Source: Candidatus Omnitrophota bacterium (GTDB lineage: Bacteria; Omnitrophota; Gorgyraeia; 1-14-0-20-64-10). From it: a DNA stretch of 64,000 bases. The DNA lies in assembly GCA_016201735.1 (NCBI GenBank), contig JACQCH010000057.1, positions 18-64,017 of the forward strand, in the 5' to 3' direction. Position 1 is the stretch's first letter, and each line of letters starts with the position of its first letter. Below the pieces are notes generated by a model that saw nothing but the letters and a program-made list of their open reading frames with translations, had not been told where the DNA came from and made no database searches. This document shows, piece by piece, positions 19,952-29,760 of this stretch. The translations under genes and the position numbers were made by a program.

Positions 19952-20322
19952 GCGGTAATCCCCTGTTCAATGTATTGGGCGATTGCCTCCCGGTCCTCCG
20001 GGGCAACCTCGATAAACTGCAGACCGCAATCGCAGGCCTCGGCAAGGCCCGGTTCCTGGGTCCAGACCACCCGGGCGATCGCCCGAATGGGTTTAAGCGA
20101 ATGGGGCAGGGACAGAAGCAGGACGAGCCTCGACTCCACCGAAAAAAAAGAAAAGACCCTCATCCGAATCCCTGAAACCGACAGATCCTTGGAGAGTGAC
20201 CCTGCAAAAGGATCCTGCGGTTCCAAAACGGACCGGAGTTGAACTGGAGCGGAACAGACCAGGCGAGAAAACCGACGCCGTTCAACCACGAAATTATTTA
20301 TACCATAAATCACACCCATTCC
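19948..20322 (-). CDS. PilZ-domain (c-di-GMP-binding) protein
   Basis: RRRFSR (RxxxR) and DLSVSGIRM (DxSxxG) motifs; the ORF's N-terminal extension is likely spurious. Confidence 0.55.
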   Translation of the reverse strand, partial: GMGVIYGINNFVVERRRFSRLVCSAPVQLRSVLEPQDPFAGSLSKDLSVSGIRMRVFSFFSVESRLVLLLSLPHSLKPIRAIARVVWTQEPGLAEACDCGLQFIEVAPEDREAIAQYIEQGITA

Positions 20323-21851
20323 CAAGAAGCGCCGGGGAGGGACGCAGCCGCAGTCACCGCCCAGGTCAACCCATGCGCCATCCAAGAGAAGCTGGCCGCC
20401 GCCGGAAGCGCCAACCCGCTGTGGAGCAGGATCAACCCGTACAGAATCAGGCCGATGGCGATCAGAGCGGAGGTCCAGGGGATCACCCACAGATTGGCCG
20501 CCAGGGCAATGGGGCTGACCGAGTGAAAATGCCACGCCGCGACGGGAGAGACGGCAACCCACGCTCCAGCGGAGGCCGCCAGTCCTTTGACGATCTGCCG
20601 CCAAATCCCCTGACTCCACCCTCTTCCCTCCACGAAGGGGGCGAGCTTCTCCTCGATCCACGGCGATAATCCCAGCAGTCCTCCCATCGCCGCGAAGGAA
20701 AGCTGGAAACTGACATCCGCCAAGGCCCGGGGATCCACCCCAAGGATCAGAAGCGCCGCCAGACCGAGGCCGTTCACGGAGGAACTCTCCCGCCCTGTGA
20801 TTTTTCCGAGAGAAAATAGAAGCCCCATAATCGTGGCCCGAAGGATCGGCGGGTCGGACCCGGTCAGGGTGCAGTAAAGGGTCATTCCTGCCCCGACCAA
20901 CAGATATCGGGTGGCGCGGGGGATCCGGACGATCGATGAACCGATGAAGATCATCGTTCCGATGAGCCCCACCTGCAGGCCTGACACCACCAGAACATGG
21001 ACCGTCCCGGTCTTCCGGAAGGCGTCATGGATCTCCAGCGGAAGCCGATGCGGCTCGGCCAACAGGAGACTCTCCAGGTAACCGGCCTCGATCGGCCCCA
21101 GCCAGGATCGTCCCGATTCCCTCAACTCCCGGCGCAGATCGGCGACCCATCGCCGATAGCGGACCCAAAGAGTCTGCGGTGAGTCAAGTCTCGTTACCGC
21201 GTCCGGGCCGCTGACGGTCAGCCGCCCGGACGCGCCCCGCAGCCAGAACCATTCGGCCTCACTGAAACCGCCGATTCCCGGATCCTTAACGGCTCTCGGC
21301 CTCCGGACCTCTCCATTCAGTCTCACCCGATCTCCAAAACCCGGCGGAACTCCTCTCGACCGAATCCCAACCTCCATTGGGAGCCGGATGAGGAGCCGGC
21401 CGCAGGCCGGAACCCATCCATCCGCCTGCCGGACTTGCGCCAACTCCATCCATCCCCGCAGATGGGCCGGCCCGTGAGCCGGCCGAACCCAGTCCACCTC
21501 GCTGACCAAGATTCCCTCGCAGGTAACCGGCTGCGGAGATTCCGTGAGGATCCATGATATAGAGGAAGGGGGCACCCGAGCATTGACTCCGGCCCGGAAC
21601 GCCCCCAGCGCCATGACGAGCGCCAAGATCAAAAGGTTCCCGGTCGCGGCTGCGGCTAGAGGAAGCCGCACCACTTGTAATCTCTGAGTCGTGGCTCGAC
21701 CTTTCGCCCACCCCAGGCCGACCGCCCCGAGCAGAAGACCGCTCCCTAGAATCAACGGCGGCGGCTTCAGCCACCAACCCAGCCCAATTCCAACTGCGAA
21801 AAAAACAGCAACAAACGCCAGTGGCGCCCGCAAATTAATCAAAGCGAACAT
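20310..21851 (-). CDS. comEC: ComEC/Rec2-family DNA internalisation channel (competence domain only, no C-terminal beta-lactamase domain)
   Basis: Multi-TM with the competence-domain motif HDAFRKTGTVHVLVVSGLQVGLIG. Confidence 0.75.
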   Translation of the reverse strand: MFALINLRAPLAFVAVFFAVGIGLGWWLKPPPLILGSGLLLGAVGLGWAKGRATTQRLQVVRLPLAAAATGNLLILALVMALGAFRAGVNARVPPSSISWILTESPQPVTCEGILVSEVDWVRPAHGPAHLRGWMELAQVRQADGWVPACGRLLIRLPMEVGIRSRGVPPGFGDRVRLNGEVRRPRAVKDPGIGGFSEAEWFWLRGASGRLTVSGPDAVTRLDSPQTLWVRYRRWVADLRRELRESGRSWLGPIEAGYLESLLLAEPHRLPLEIHDAFRKTGTVHVLVVSGLQVGLIGTMIFIGSSIVRIPRATRYLLVGAGMTLYCTLTGSDPPILRATIMGLLFSLGKITGRESSSVNGLGLAALLILGVDPRALADVSFQLSFAAMGGLLGLSPWIEEKLAPFVEGRGWSQGIWRQIVKGLAASAGAWVAVSPVAAWHFHSVSPIALAANLWVIPWTSALIAIGLILYGLILLHSGLALPAAASFSWMAHGLTWAVTAAASLPGASWEWV

Positions 21852-22197
21852 AACCTTGAAGTTGATTCAGCGTCTTGCGGCTCACTCCCTTGACCCGCTT
21901 CAAGTCGGCCAGCGTGAGAAAATGGCCGTGGCGCTGGCGGTCCTCCACGATCCGCTGGGCCACGGTCGGCCCGATGCCGGGGAGGCCGGCGATTTCAGGA
22001 GCGGAGGCGGTGTTGACCCGTACCGCGAGGCGGACGGAAGCGTCCTGCGCCGGGCTCATCCAGGGGACCCTCCCCCGCCACAAACCCAGGAGAATCATCC
22101 CTCCCAAGGCCGCTCCGATGATGAATCCGAGCGCCAGCCGCTCCTGCCGAGTGAAGATCCCATCCAGGAACCCCGGCAAATGAGGTTTCCCATTCAC
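21835..22197 (-). CDS. comEA: ComEA-like helix-hairpin-helix DNA receptor
   Basis: N-terminal TM; HhH motif VNTASAPEIAGLPGIGPTVAQRIVEDRQRHGHF. Confidence 0.75.
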   Translation of the reverse strand: MNGKPHLPGFLDGIFTRQERLALGFIIGAALGGMILLGLWRGRVPWMSPAQDASVRLAVRVNTASAPEIAGLPGIGPTVAQRIVEDRQRHGHFLTLADLKRVKGVSRKTLNQLQGYVRFD

Positions 22198-22246
22198 GAG
22201 TATAAATTATCATAATCTGCAAATACCGGGGAAACAAAAATACCGC

Positions 22247-24067
22247 TTATGCGTACAACTCCGTCAGGCCGGCCCGCATCTCATCCGCGTTCAAACCCCT
22301 CAGGCGCAGGTAATGCGTCACATTGACGGCAAAAATCTCTGACCCCGAAGCCACCGCCCTGGAAAGTACCAGGAGCATCAGTTCCTTGGGAATCGGATCC
22401 CGCATCCGATCCTCTCCATCCCGGGTAATCCGAACGATCCGGTACCCTCGCTCCCGGTAGGCCGTCTCAGTTTTTTCGGACCATGGATCGATCTGGAGCA
22501 TCACCTCCTCCGGCCACGCAAAGACTCCTCTGAGATTTCCTGCCATCTCCCAAAGTTCAAGCGGAGGTTCGCTGGGATCCTTCGGCATCCAACCCGGAGG
22601 CAGAAGCTCCGGCTTGATGAGGATCGCCACCCGGTCCGTCATGATCGCCGGATCATGGACCCGATGGACCGACTCGGCCAACTCCTCCGGCGTCATCACC
22701 GACTCCAGCCACTCCGGCATCCGCCCCCTGAGCCCCTCCTGCTCCTCCAGCCCGGCGGAGGAAGCGTTCCCCGAGGCCAGCTCTTGCGCAACCTGTCTTA
22801 GAGTCTCTTCAACCTGCTGACGGGACCGATTAATCTTCCCTTCAGCATTCTCATCATCGCGAAAGATGCTCACTTCCACACCTTTATATTTGAACCCTGA
22901 CAAGAGCATGTCGAAGAAGCTCCTCGCATCCCGAGGATAATCCTTCTGGCTCTTTCTCAAACGTTCAAAGATCGGCTTGATCTGGGAATCCAGCCGACCC
23001 TGCCGGTTGCGCCCATATTGCTGCGTCAAGTAATCGGAAACCTTTTTCTCCAAGTCCGCCAGGTCCAAACGGGCCACATCCCGCACGATGGGCTTCAGTT
23101 CTCCTATATCAATCCGGTCCGTCAGCTCAAGAGGGTCGATTCGGAGCTGCCGGAGTTTCGGGGCGTTTTCTTCTCTCGTGCTGCCAGCTAGGCCAATGAA
23201 ATCATGTACCGCGAAATAATTGAAGATCAAGTGCTGTATGAAGGATTCCTGACCTTCCATCTCCGGATGGAACGCCTGCTCCGCGTCAAACATCATTGAC
23301 AGCTTCGTGGAATCTTCCAGGGGGCCGGAGTTATTGTCATGGATATCCCAGAGCCGGATAAACAAAGCGGCTCCGATCCTCCGAGCCTGTTCCTTCAAAG
23401 GATCCGTTTGGAAGACTTCCGGATCCTTAAGCAAGTAATTGGAGCTTAACTGAACAAGAAAGAGAGAATCGGGGTCTGGGGGTGGCCTTACCATCTCAGC
23501 CAATCTCTTTCTCGTCTGCGGATCCGGAATCTCCACATCGCAGACATTGCAGCCAAGGGCGCGAAGCAGCCGGGCGGCAATCACTTCTCGAACAGGATTA
23601 TTGATGTCGGGCCAAACGGCCCGCCCACGGACTTCTTCCACATTTTCGATTCTACTTTTAACCAAGAAATAGCGCCAGCGCCCATCCATTTTCCGTTTGA
23701 CGAGTCGACTCTGATATGCTGGCAGACGGTTGGCCCAGTTCAGCCGCTCCCGGAGCCATGGAATCTCTGAAAGATCCGCCTTCTGGTAATCTTGCTGCCA
23801 GCCGGCCGAGGCCTTCTCCATCCCGACGGCAGGAGCAAGAGGGTGCCGAAGGTTCTTTCTTAATTCCTCGCCGACGGGGGATTCCTCCATGCCGGCGTTG
23901 GCGGGGCGCAGGGTTTGAACCGGCCGTCGTGCTTCGACAAGCTCAGCACGAACGGACGGCTGAATTCCGGCAGGAGATGGGGGCAGCCCGAGGGATAGGA
24001 TTAGAAATCCGCTTAGGATACGGGCAAAAAATAACTGGCCCGGTCGGCGCAGGAAGTTACGATTCAT
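22247..24067 (-). CDS. Secreted/membrane-anchored hypothetical protein with atypical kinase-like catalytic motif (PI3/4K/HipA-like DxHxxN...MFD)
   Basis: N-terminal hydrophobic segment; LWDIHDNNSG followed 15 aa later by MFDAEQ; also carries the AGMEE-type motifs (ANAGMEES, PAVGMEKA). Confidence 0.45.
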   Translation of the reverse strand: MNRNFLRRPGQLFFARILSGFLILSLGLPPSPAGIQPSVRAELVEARRPVQTLRPANAGMEESPVGEELRKNLRHPLAPAVGMEKASAGWQQDYQKADLSEIPWLRERLNWANRLPAYQSRLVKRKMDGRWRYFLVKSRIENVEEVRGRAVWPDINNPVREVIAARLLRALGCNVCDVEIPDPQTRKRLAEMVRPPPDPDSLFLVQLSSNYLLKDPEVFQTDPLKEQARRIGAALFIRLWDIHDNNSGPLEDSTKLSMMFDAEQAFHPEMEGQESFIQHLIFNYFAVHDFIGLAGSTREENAPKLRQLRIDPLELTDRIDIGELKPIVRDVARLDLADLEKKVSDYLTQQYGRNRQGRLDSQIKPIFERLRKSQKDYPRDARSFFDMLLSGFKYKGVEVSIFRDDENAEGKINRSRQQVEETLRQVAQELASGNASSAGLEEQEGLRGRMPEWLESVMTPEELAESVHRVHDPAIMTDRVAILIKPELLPPGWMPKDPSEPPLELWEMAGNLRGVFAWPEEVMLQIDPWSEKTETAYRERGYRIVRITRDGEDRMRDPIPKELMLLVLSRAVASGSEIFAVNVTHYLRLRGLNADEMRAGLTELYA

Positions 24068-24142
24068 CGTATTACCAAGTATACCTACCGCTTCTCTCAA
24101 ATTCAAGTATCGAAACAAGATATGTATTACCATTTACATTTG

Positions 24143-26677
24143 CTACACGACGACGTTGACGAGGCGGTTGGGGACGACCACCATCTGCTTGGGCGGTTTA
24201 CCGTCGAGCCACTTCCGGACAGCTGGATCGGCGAGGACCTTCGCCTTCAAATCCTCGCTGCTCGAGCCGGCCGGAACGGTGAGACGGGAGCGGACCTTCC
24301 CGTTGACCTGCACGACCAAGGTCACTTCCTTCTCTTCAAGCAGGGCGGCCTCATAAGCCGGCCAAGATTTGCCGGCCAGCATTTCTCTGTGTCCGAGCCG
24401 GGCCCAAAGTTCCTCGGTCATGTGCGGCGCAAACGGATTGAGCAGATGGACCAGCGCCTCCACCGCCCCGCGAACATCGGGGCCGGACCCTTGAGCGGCG
24501 CTTTTCTCAATGGCGCTTCGAAACTCCATGAGAGCGCTGATCGCCGTGTTGAACTTGAACGATTCCAGATCCCCGGTGACCCTCTTGATCGCGGCGTGGG
24601 TAACGCGGCGGAGTTGAGCGGTCCGGTCACCCTGAGGCTCTCGAAGGGTGATCGGCCTGGTTCGTCCTTCGACAGGCTCAGGACGAACGGGCACGGACCC
24701 GGCCGCGATGACACTTTCCACCAACTCCCAGACCCGATTCAGGAACCGCCAGCTTCCGTCGATCGCATTGTCATTCCATTCCAGCGAATCCTCGGGAGGT
24801 GCCGCGAACAGGATGAACAGCCGCAAGGTGTCGGCCCCATAACGCTGGATCACCCCATCGGGGTCGACGACGTTTCCCTTCGACTTGGACATCACCTCCC
24901 CTTCCTTCAAAACCATTCCCTGCGTGAGCAGTCGGGCAAACGGCTCGTCCAGCTTTAAAAGCCCGATGTCCCGCAGAAACTTGGTGAAGAAGCGGGAATA
25001 TAAAAGGTGCAGGATCGCGTGCTCGATCCCGCCGATGTATTGGTCCACCGGCATCCAGAATTCCGCCTCCTTCGGGTCGAAAGGGAGCGTCGACTCTTTC
25101 GGGGAGCAGAACCGGAGGAAATACCAGGAGGAATCGAAGAAGGTGGCCATGGTGTCGGTCTCCCGGCGGGCCGGTTTGCGGCAGCGGGGGCAGGTTGTTT
25201 CAACAAAACTCTTCATCTTCCCCAAGGGTGACCCCCCCTCGCCGGTGATCGAAACTTCTTTGGGCAGGATCACCGGCAACTGATCGTCGGGGACGGGGAC
25301 CACGCCGCAGGCGGAACAGTAAATGATTGGGATCGGTGTCCCCCAGTACCTCTGCCGGGAAATCAGCCAGTCCCTCAGCCGCCAGTGGATGGTCCGCTTA
25401 CCCGTTTTCTTTTCTTCCATCCAGGCAGCGATCCTTCTCTTCCCCCCGGTGCTGGGCAGTTCGTCGAACTGGGCGGAATTGACCTGTGTTCCTTCCCCTT
25501 CAAAGGCCTCGGACCAACTTTTCGGATCCGGATCTCCCTCGGGCGGCCGGATCACGACCCGGATCGGAAGTTTATGCTCCCGAGCGAACAGAAAGTCCCG
25601 CTGGTCATGCGCGGGGACCGCCATGATCGCGCCGGTGCCGTATTCCATCAGGACGTAATCGGCCACCCAGATCGGGACCACTTCCCCGTTGACCGGATTG
25701 ATGGCGTATCCTCCGGTGAACAACCCTTCCTTCTTGACTCCCTCAGCGGCCCGGTCCTGTTTGCTCCGGCGGGAGACCCGCTCAACGAATTGGCGAACTT
25801 GCGCTTCCTGCGGTTTGCCTCGGATCAGTTCCTCAACGAGCGGATGTTCGCAGGCGAGCACCACGTAGGTGGCCCCGAAGATCGTGTCCGGCCGGGTGGT
25901 GAAGACCGGGATTCTCTTCCCCGAATCCTGCACCGGTGAACCGGCCTGCACGGTGAACCAGATCTCGACCCCTTCGCTTCGGCCGATCCAGTTCCTCTGC
26001 ATCGCAATGACCCGCTCCGGCCAATCGGAGAGTTTTCCCAAGTCGGCAAGAAGCGGCTCGGCGTAGGCGCTGATTTTCAGGAACCACTGCTCCAGCTCCT
26101 TCGGCTCGACGGCCGTCGAGCAGCGCCAGCAGTTTCCTTGGATCACCTCCTCGTTGGCCAGGGTGGTTTTACAGCTCGGGCACCAGTTGACCGCAGCACC
26201 CGCCCGGTAGGCCAGCCCCTTCTCGAACATCTTGAGGAAGATCCATTGATTCCACCGGTAATAGGCCGGATCGCAGGTGGCAACTTCCCGGTTCCAGTCG
26301 TAGGAGAAACCGAGCCGCTTGAGCCCCTCCCGCATCTGCTGAACGCAGCGATCCGTCCAGGTGGCCGGATCGACTCCTTGCTTGATCGCCGCGTTCTCCG
26401 CCGGCTGGCCGAAGGCGTCGAATCCCATCGGGTGCAGGACCCGGTACCCCTGGGCGAAGCGGAACCGGGCCAGGACGTCGCCGATCGTGTAGTTGCGGAC
26501 ATGCCCCATGTGGATCCGCCCCGACGGGTACGGGAACATCTCGAGGAGGTAATATTCCCTCTCCCGGTACCGGGTACCCTCCGCGGTACCCGGTACCGGG
26601 CTGATGGCCCGGAAAACGCCGGCCTCCTCCCACCGCCTCTGCCACTTGGGCTCTATCTCGTTAAAGGGGTAACTCAT
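24143..26677 (-). CDS. leuS: Leucine--tRNA ligase
   Basis: 844 aa; [12 protein letters not shown] (HIGH-class), KMSKSKGN, CP1 editing domain. Confidence 0.97.
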   Translation of the reverse strand: MSYPFNEIEPKWQRRWEEAGVFRAISPVPGTAEGTRYREREYYLLEMFPYPSGRIHMGHVRNYTIGDVLARFRFAQGYRVLHPMGFDAFGQPAENAAIKQGVDPATWTDRCVQQMREGLKRLGFSYDWNREVATCDPAYYRWNQWIFLKMFEKGLAYRAGAAVNWCPSCKTTLANEEVIQGNCWRCSTAVEPKELEQWFLKISAYAEPLLADLGKLSDWPERVIAMQRNWIGRSEGVEIWFTVQAGSPVQDSGKRIPVFTTRPDTIFGATYVVLACEHPLVEELIRGKPQEAQVRQFVERVSRRSKQDRAAEGVKKEGLFTGGYAINPVNGEVVPIWVADYVLMEYGTGAIMAVPAHDQRDFLFAREHKLPIRVVIRPPEGDPDPKSWSEAFEGEGTQVNSAQFDELPSTGGKRRIAAWMEEKKTGKRTIHWRLRDWLISRQRYWGTPIPIIYCSACGVVPVPDDQLPVILPKEVSITGEGGSPLGKMKSFVETTCPRCRKPARRETDTMATFFDSSWYFLRFCSPKESTLPFDPKEAEFWMPVDQYIGGIEHAILHLLYSRFFTKFLRDIGLLKLDEPFARLLTQGMVLKEGEVMSKSKGNVVDPDGVIQRYGADTLRLFILFAAPPEDSLEWNDNAIDGSWRFLNRVWELVESVIAAGSVPVRPEPVEGRTRPITLREPQGDRTAQLRRVTHAAIKRVTGDLESFKFNTAISALMEFRSAIEKSAAQGSGPDVRGAVEALVHLLNPFAPHMTEELWARLGHREMLAGKSWPAYEAALLEEKEVTLVVQVNGKVRSRLTVPAGSSSEDLKAKVLADPAVRKWLDGKPPKQMVVVPNRLVNVVV

Positions 26678-26741
26678 CGTCGAGAACTGATTCTAGCATG
26701 CCGCGGGAAAGATTGACAATGTGAGGGCCGTCCCGGTAGAC

Positions 26742-27521
26742 TTAGAGCCGAGAAATTAACGTGGGGCCGTGGCGTAGCGGGAGCGCACCGCGATGGCATC
26801 GCGGAGGTGAGAGTTCAACTCTCTCCGGCTCCACCATCTTTAAAGCTTCTTCTCCCAAACTCTGCAGGGTAAATTGCAGAGTTGTACTCGAATACTGAAC
26901 GGCACAAACTCCCTTATAATCCTGGCGTTTGGTTATTTTCCCCATCGTGCGCAAATCAGGTTTTCGCCGATAGAAATGACTCTCTGGAATTCCGGTAACT
27001 TTAGACCAATACTGAATAAGTAATTTTTGAGATTGATCGCATCGATGTCCCACTTCTCCGCGCAATCTCTGTTCATCAATAACAAAATACGTTCGTAGCA
27101 ATTGAAGGAAGAATCGAATCATCTGCGGATCAGAGTTCCCAAAACGCATTCCTTGGGTCGAAGGATACTTGGCCCCTTCACAGATATAAAGCAGAGCGCA
27201 GAGCAATTTCCCTAGAACGGGGGAAAGTGTAACATTTTGAACTATAGCTCGAACTTCCTCGCGTATTCCTTGTTTCCAATCCTCTATCTTTTTCCGATTA
27301 GCAATCACAGCAAGTGGCTGCCCGATTCGAGCTGCCGCCACAACTCGGGAATGGATTCGGTTCCTGGCTTCCGTCGAAAGCGAAACAGATCTTACCCATC
27401 CTTGCACCGTCGTTTTTGGAACGTGAAGTTGGACGCTCAATTCATCCAGAGAATACCCCTTCCGACGAAGCTGGATCGCCTGCATTTTGATTTCAGGAGG
27501 ATATCGCTGATATACAGACAT
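26742..27521 (-). CDS. Low-GC (~42%) foreign gene with N-terminal HTH, possibly a degenerate homing-endonuclease/transposase-like protein
   Basis: GC drops sharply from ~62% to ~42%. HTH segment GYSLDELSVQLHVPKTTVQGWV; possible degenerate LAGLIDADG-like motif LLCALLYICEGAKY. The C-terminal ~31 codons are antisense to tRNA-Ala. Confidence 0.5.
   Translation of the reverse strand: MSVYQRYPPEIKMQAIQLRRKGYSLDELSVQLHVPKTTVQGWVRSVSLSTEARNRIHSRVVAAARIGQPLAVIANRKKIEDWKQGIREEVRAIVQNVTLSPVLGKLLCALLYICEGAKYPSTQGMRFGNSDPQMIRFFLQLLRTYFVIDEQRLRGEVGHRCDQSQKLLIQYWSKVTGIPESHFYRRKPDLRTMGKITKRQDYKGVCAVQYSSTTLQFTLQSLGEEALKMVEPERVELSPPRCHRGALPLRHGPTLISRL
26763..26836 (+). tRNA. tRNA-Ala (anticodon GGC), CCA encoded
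   Basis: Manual fold: acceptor GGGGCCG/CGGCTCC with G3:U70 Ala identity pair, D stem GCGT/GCGC, anticodon stem CCGCG/CGCGG with loop AUGGCAU, T loop TTCAACT, then ACCA. Confidence 0.85.
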
Positions 27522-27586
27522 AAGTATACTATACCAGACTTCTTACCTTTGTCAACGTGAAGTAATATAATGAGTCCACACTTTTT

Positions 27587-27670
27587 GCCGAGGTGGCGAA
27601 ACCGGCAGACGCGCGAGCCTCAAAAGCTCGTGAGGGCAACCTCATGAGAGTTCGATTCTCTCCCTCGGCA
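27587..27670 (+). tRNA. tRNA-Leu (anticodon CAA), long variable arm
   Basis: Manual fold: acceptor GCCGAGG/CCTCGGC, anticodon stem CGAGC/GCTCG with loop CUCAAAA, variable arm TGAGGGCAACCTCA, T arm GAGAG-TTCGATT-CTCTC. Upstream TATAAT at 27566. Confidence 0.85.
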
Positions 27671-27718
27671 CAACACAGGCGAGGCCCGTTTACGGGAAAA
27701 TCAGAATGGAGAAGATAA

Positions 27719-28105
27719 ATGCCGACATTTAAACCGAAGATTCTGGTGGTGGATGACGAGGAGGAAGCCCGGACCGGGCTGGCCCGGAGTCTCCGTTCGA
27801 AAGGCTACGACGTTCTGGAGGCCGCGACGGGCGGCGAGGTGGTTGCCCGGGCCAAGGCGGAGTGGCCGGCGCTCATCATTCTGGACATCGTTCTGCCGGA
27901 TCTGCCGGGCACCGAGGTGTTTGAATCCCTCCGGGCCGATCCGATCACCAAAGCGATCCCCGTCCTCCTGTTGACCGCGAAACCGGACATCGTCGCGCAG
28001 GTTCCTGCGGTGCGTGAAAAGTCGGAGCAGTATCGTTTCTTGGAAAAACCGGGGCGCATTGAGGATCTGCTCAAGATCATTCAGGAGATGCTGACCGGAA
28101 AATGA
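27719..28105 (+). CDS. Stand-alone response-regulator receiver (CheY-like)
   Basis: VVDDEEE...ILDIVLPD (phospho-acceptor Asp)...LLLTAK. Confidence 0.8.
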   Translation: MPTFKPKILVVDDEEEARTGLARSLRSKGYDVLEAATGGEVVARAKAEWPALIILDIVLPDLPGTEVFESLRADPITKAIPVLLLTAKPDIVAQVPAVREKSEQYRFLEKPGRIEDLLKIIQEMLTGK

Positions 28106-28229
28106 GTCTGCTCAAAATGGTCTCGGATGCGAGGCGCATGCAAGTGACCGCGGAGGCGTACGTCAACATGTACGCCGCACAAGGGAGCGCAGCATGCAAC
28201 GAAGCAGACGAGCCATTTTCAGCAGACTA

Positions 28230-28781
28230 CTAGTAGTCGACTCCCTGCTGGGCGGGAATCCCCTGCTTCATCGGGTGTTTGATTTCCCGCATCTCGGTGA
28301 CCAGGTCGGCCGCTTCAATCACTTTGGGGTGGGCGTTCCGGCCGGTTAAGATCAAGTGAAGTTCCGGCGGTTTGGTCCGGATCAACTCCAGAACATCCTC
28401 CAGTTCAATCAGCCGAAAGTCCATGTACCCCAGCGCGTAGTTGACCTCGTCGAGGATGATCAGGTCGTATTGGCCCGAAAAGACTTTCTCCTTGGTGAGC
28501 GCCAAAGCCGCCTTGGCCGCCTCGACATGCTCTGAAAACGGTTTCTTGTCCCCCATGATCTTCACGAAACCGCGGCCCAGCTGAAGGACCTCGAATTGGG
28601 GATAAAGTTTCTTGGCCAGCTCCAGCTCTCCATACACCACCGGCCAATCTCCTTTGAAGAACTGGATCACCAGCACCTTCCAGCCGTGACCGAGCGCCCG
28701 CATGGCCGCGCCCAGCGCGGCGGAGGTTTTCCCCTTGCCGTCGCCGGTGTAGACGATCGTCAGTCCCTTGCGTTTGGGCAT
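28230..28781 (-). CDS. cobO: ATP:cob(I)alamin adenosyltransferase (CobO/BtuR/CobA type)
   Basis: P-loop YTGDGKGKTSAALG plus the conserved LILDEVNYALGY. Confidence 0.85.
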   Translation of the reverse strand: MPKRKGLTIVYTGDGKGKTSAALGAAMRALGHGWKVLVIQFFKGDWPVVYGELELAKKLYPQFEVLQLGRGFVKIMGDKKPFSEHVEAAKAALALTKEKVFSGQYDLIILDEVNYALGYMDFRLIELEDVLELIRTKPPELHLILTGRNAHPKVIEAADLVTEMREIKHPMKQGIPAQQGVDY

Positions 28782-29744
28782 TTACACCTCGGTGAAGAGC
28801 CCCATCTTCCGGAATTTCGCGTGGCGCCCGGCGATTAATTCCTCGGGGGAAAGTTTTTTAAGTTCCTGAAGGTTCCGTTGGAGGGCGGATTTGAGATTCT
28901 CCGCGGCGGTGTCCGGGTCCCGGTGCGCCCCGCCCAGCGGCTCGGGCACCACCTCATCGATCAACTTCAACTCCAAGAGATCCTTCGCCGTCAATTTCAG
29001 GCAGGCGGCCGCTTCCGGGGCCTTCGCCCGGTTCTTCCAGAGAATCGCCGCGCACCCTTCCGGGGAAATGACCGAGTAATAGGCATTCTCCATCACCAGG
29101 ATCCGATCCCCCACTCCGATTCCCAGCGCCCCGCCCGATCCTCCCTCTCCGATCACCGCCACCACGATCGGCACGGAGAGCCGGCCCATCTCCCGAAGGT
29201 TGTAGGCGATCGCCTGCGCCTGGCCCCGCTCCTCCGCCCCGATGCCGGGATAGGCCCCGGGGGTGTCGACAAGGCAGAGGATCGGTAAATGGAATTTCGC
29301 CGCCATCTGCATCAGGCGGATCGCCTTCCGGTACCCTTCCGGATGGGCGGACCCGAAGTTTCGGTACAGGTTCTCCTTGGTGTCCCTCCCCTTCTGATGC
29401 CCAAGCACCAGAAGTTTCATCTCTCCCAGCTTGGCGAACCCTCCGATCAATGCTTTGTCGTCGGCAAAGACCCGGTCCCCGTGAAGCTCGATGAAGTCGG
29501 TCATGAACTTGGCGATGTAATCCAGGGTATAGGGACGCTTCGGATGCCGGGCCAGCTGGACCCTCTGCCAGGGAGTCAGCCGCTCGTAAACCTCCCGGCG
29601 GGCCTGAGCCAGTTTTTCTTCCAGCTGTTCAATCTCGTTGTCGAGGTCGATGGACTTGGAGGCGGGCAGGGCTTTGAGCTCTTGGATCTTCTGCTCCAAT
29701 TCAAGGATGGGGCGCTCGAAATCGAGAGCGAATCCGTTGGCCAT
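28782..29744 (-). CDS. accA: Acetyl-CoA carboxylase carboxyltransferase alpha subunit
   Basis: 320 aa; PGAYPGIGAEERGQAQAIAYNL and GEGGSGGALG motifs. Confidence 0.95.
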   Translation of the reverse strand: MANGFALDFERPILELEQKIQELKALPASKSIDLDNEIEQLEEKLAQARREVYERLTPWQRVQLARHPKRPYTLDYIAKFMTDFIELHGDRVFADDKALIGGFAKLGEMKLLVLGHQKGRDTKENLYRNFGSAHPEGYRKAIRLMQMAAKFHLPILCLVDTPGAYPGIGAEERGQAQAIAYNLREMGRLSVPIVVAVIGEGGSGGALGIGVGDRILVMENAYYSVISPEGCAAILWKNRAKAPEAAACLKLTAKDLLELKLIDEVVPEPLGGAHRDPDTAAENLKSALQRNLQELKKLSPEELIAGRHAKFRKMGLFTEV

Positions 29745-29760
29745 GGGTTTTGCGGGCAGT

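Noticed and set aside
26742-27521. Confident call of LAGLIDADG homing endonuclease for the low-GC gene
   Set aside because: The motif (LLYICEGA) is degenerate and lacks the canonical acidic pair, so it is kept only as a hypothesis in the finding.
28102-28231. 43-aa ORF ATGA-coupled to the receiver gene stop (MSLLKMVSDARRMQV...)
   Set aside because: No SD beyond the coupling, no hydrophobic or structural signature, and it lies in a GC-rich intergenic stretch, so it is likely fortuitous.
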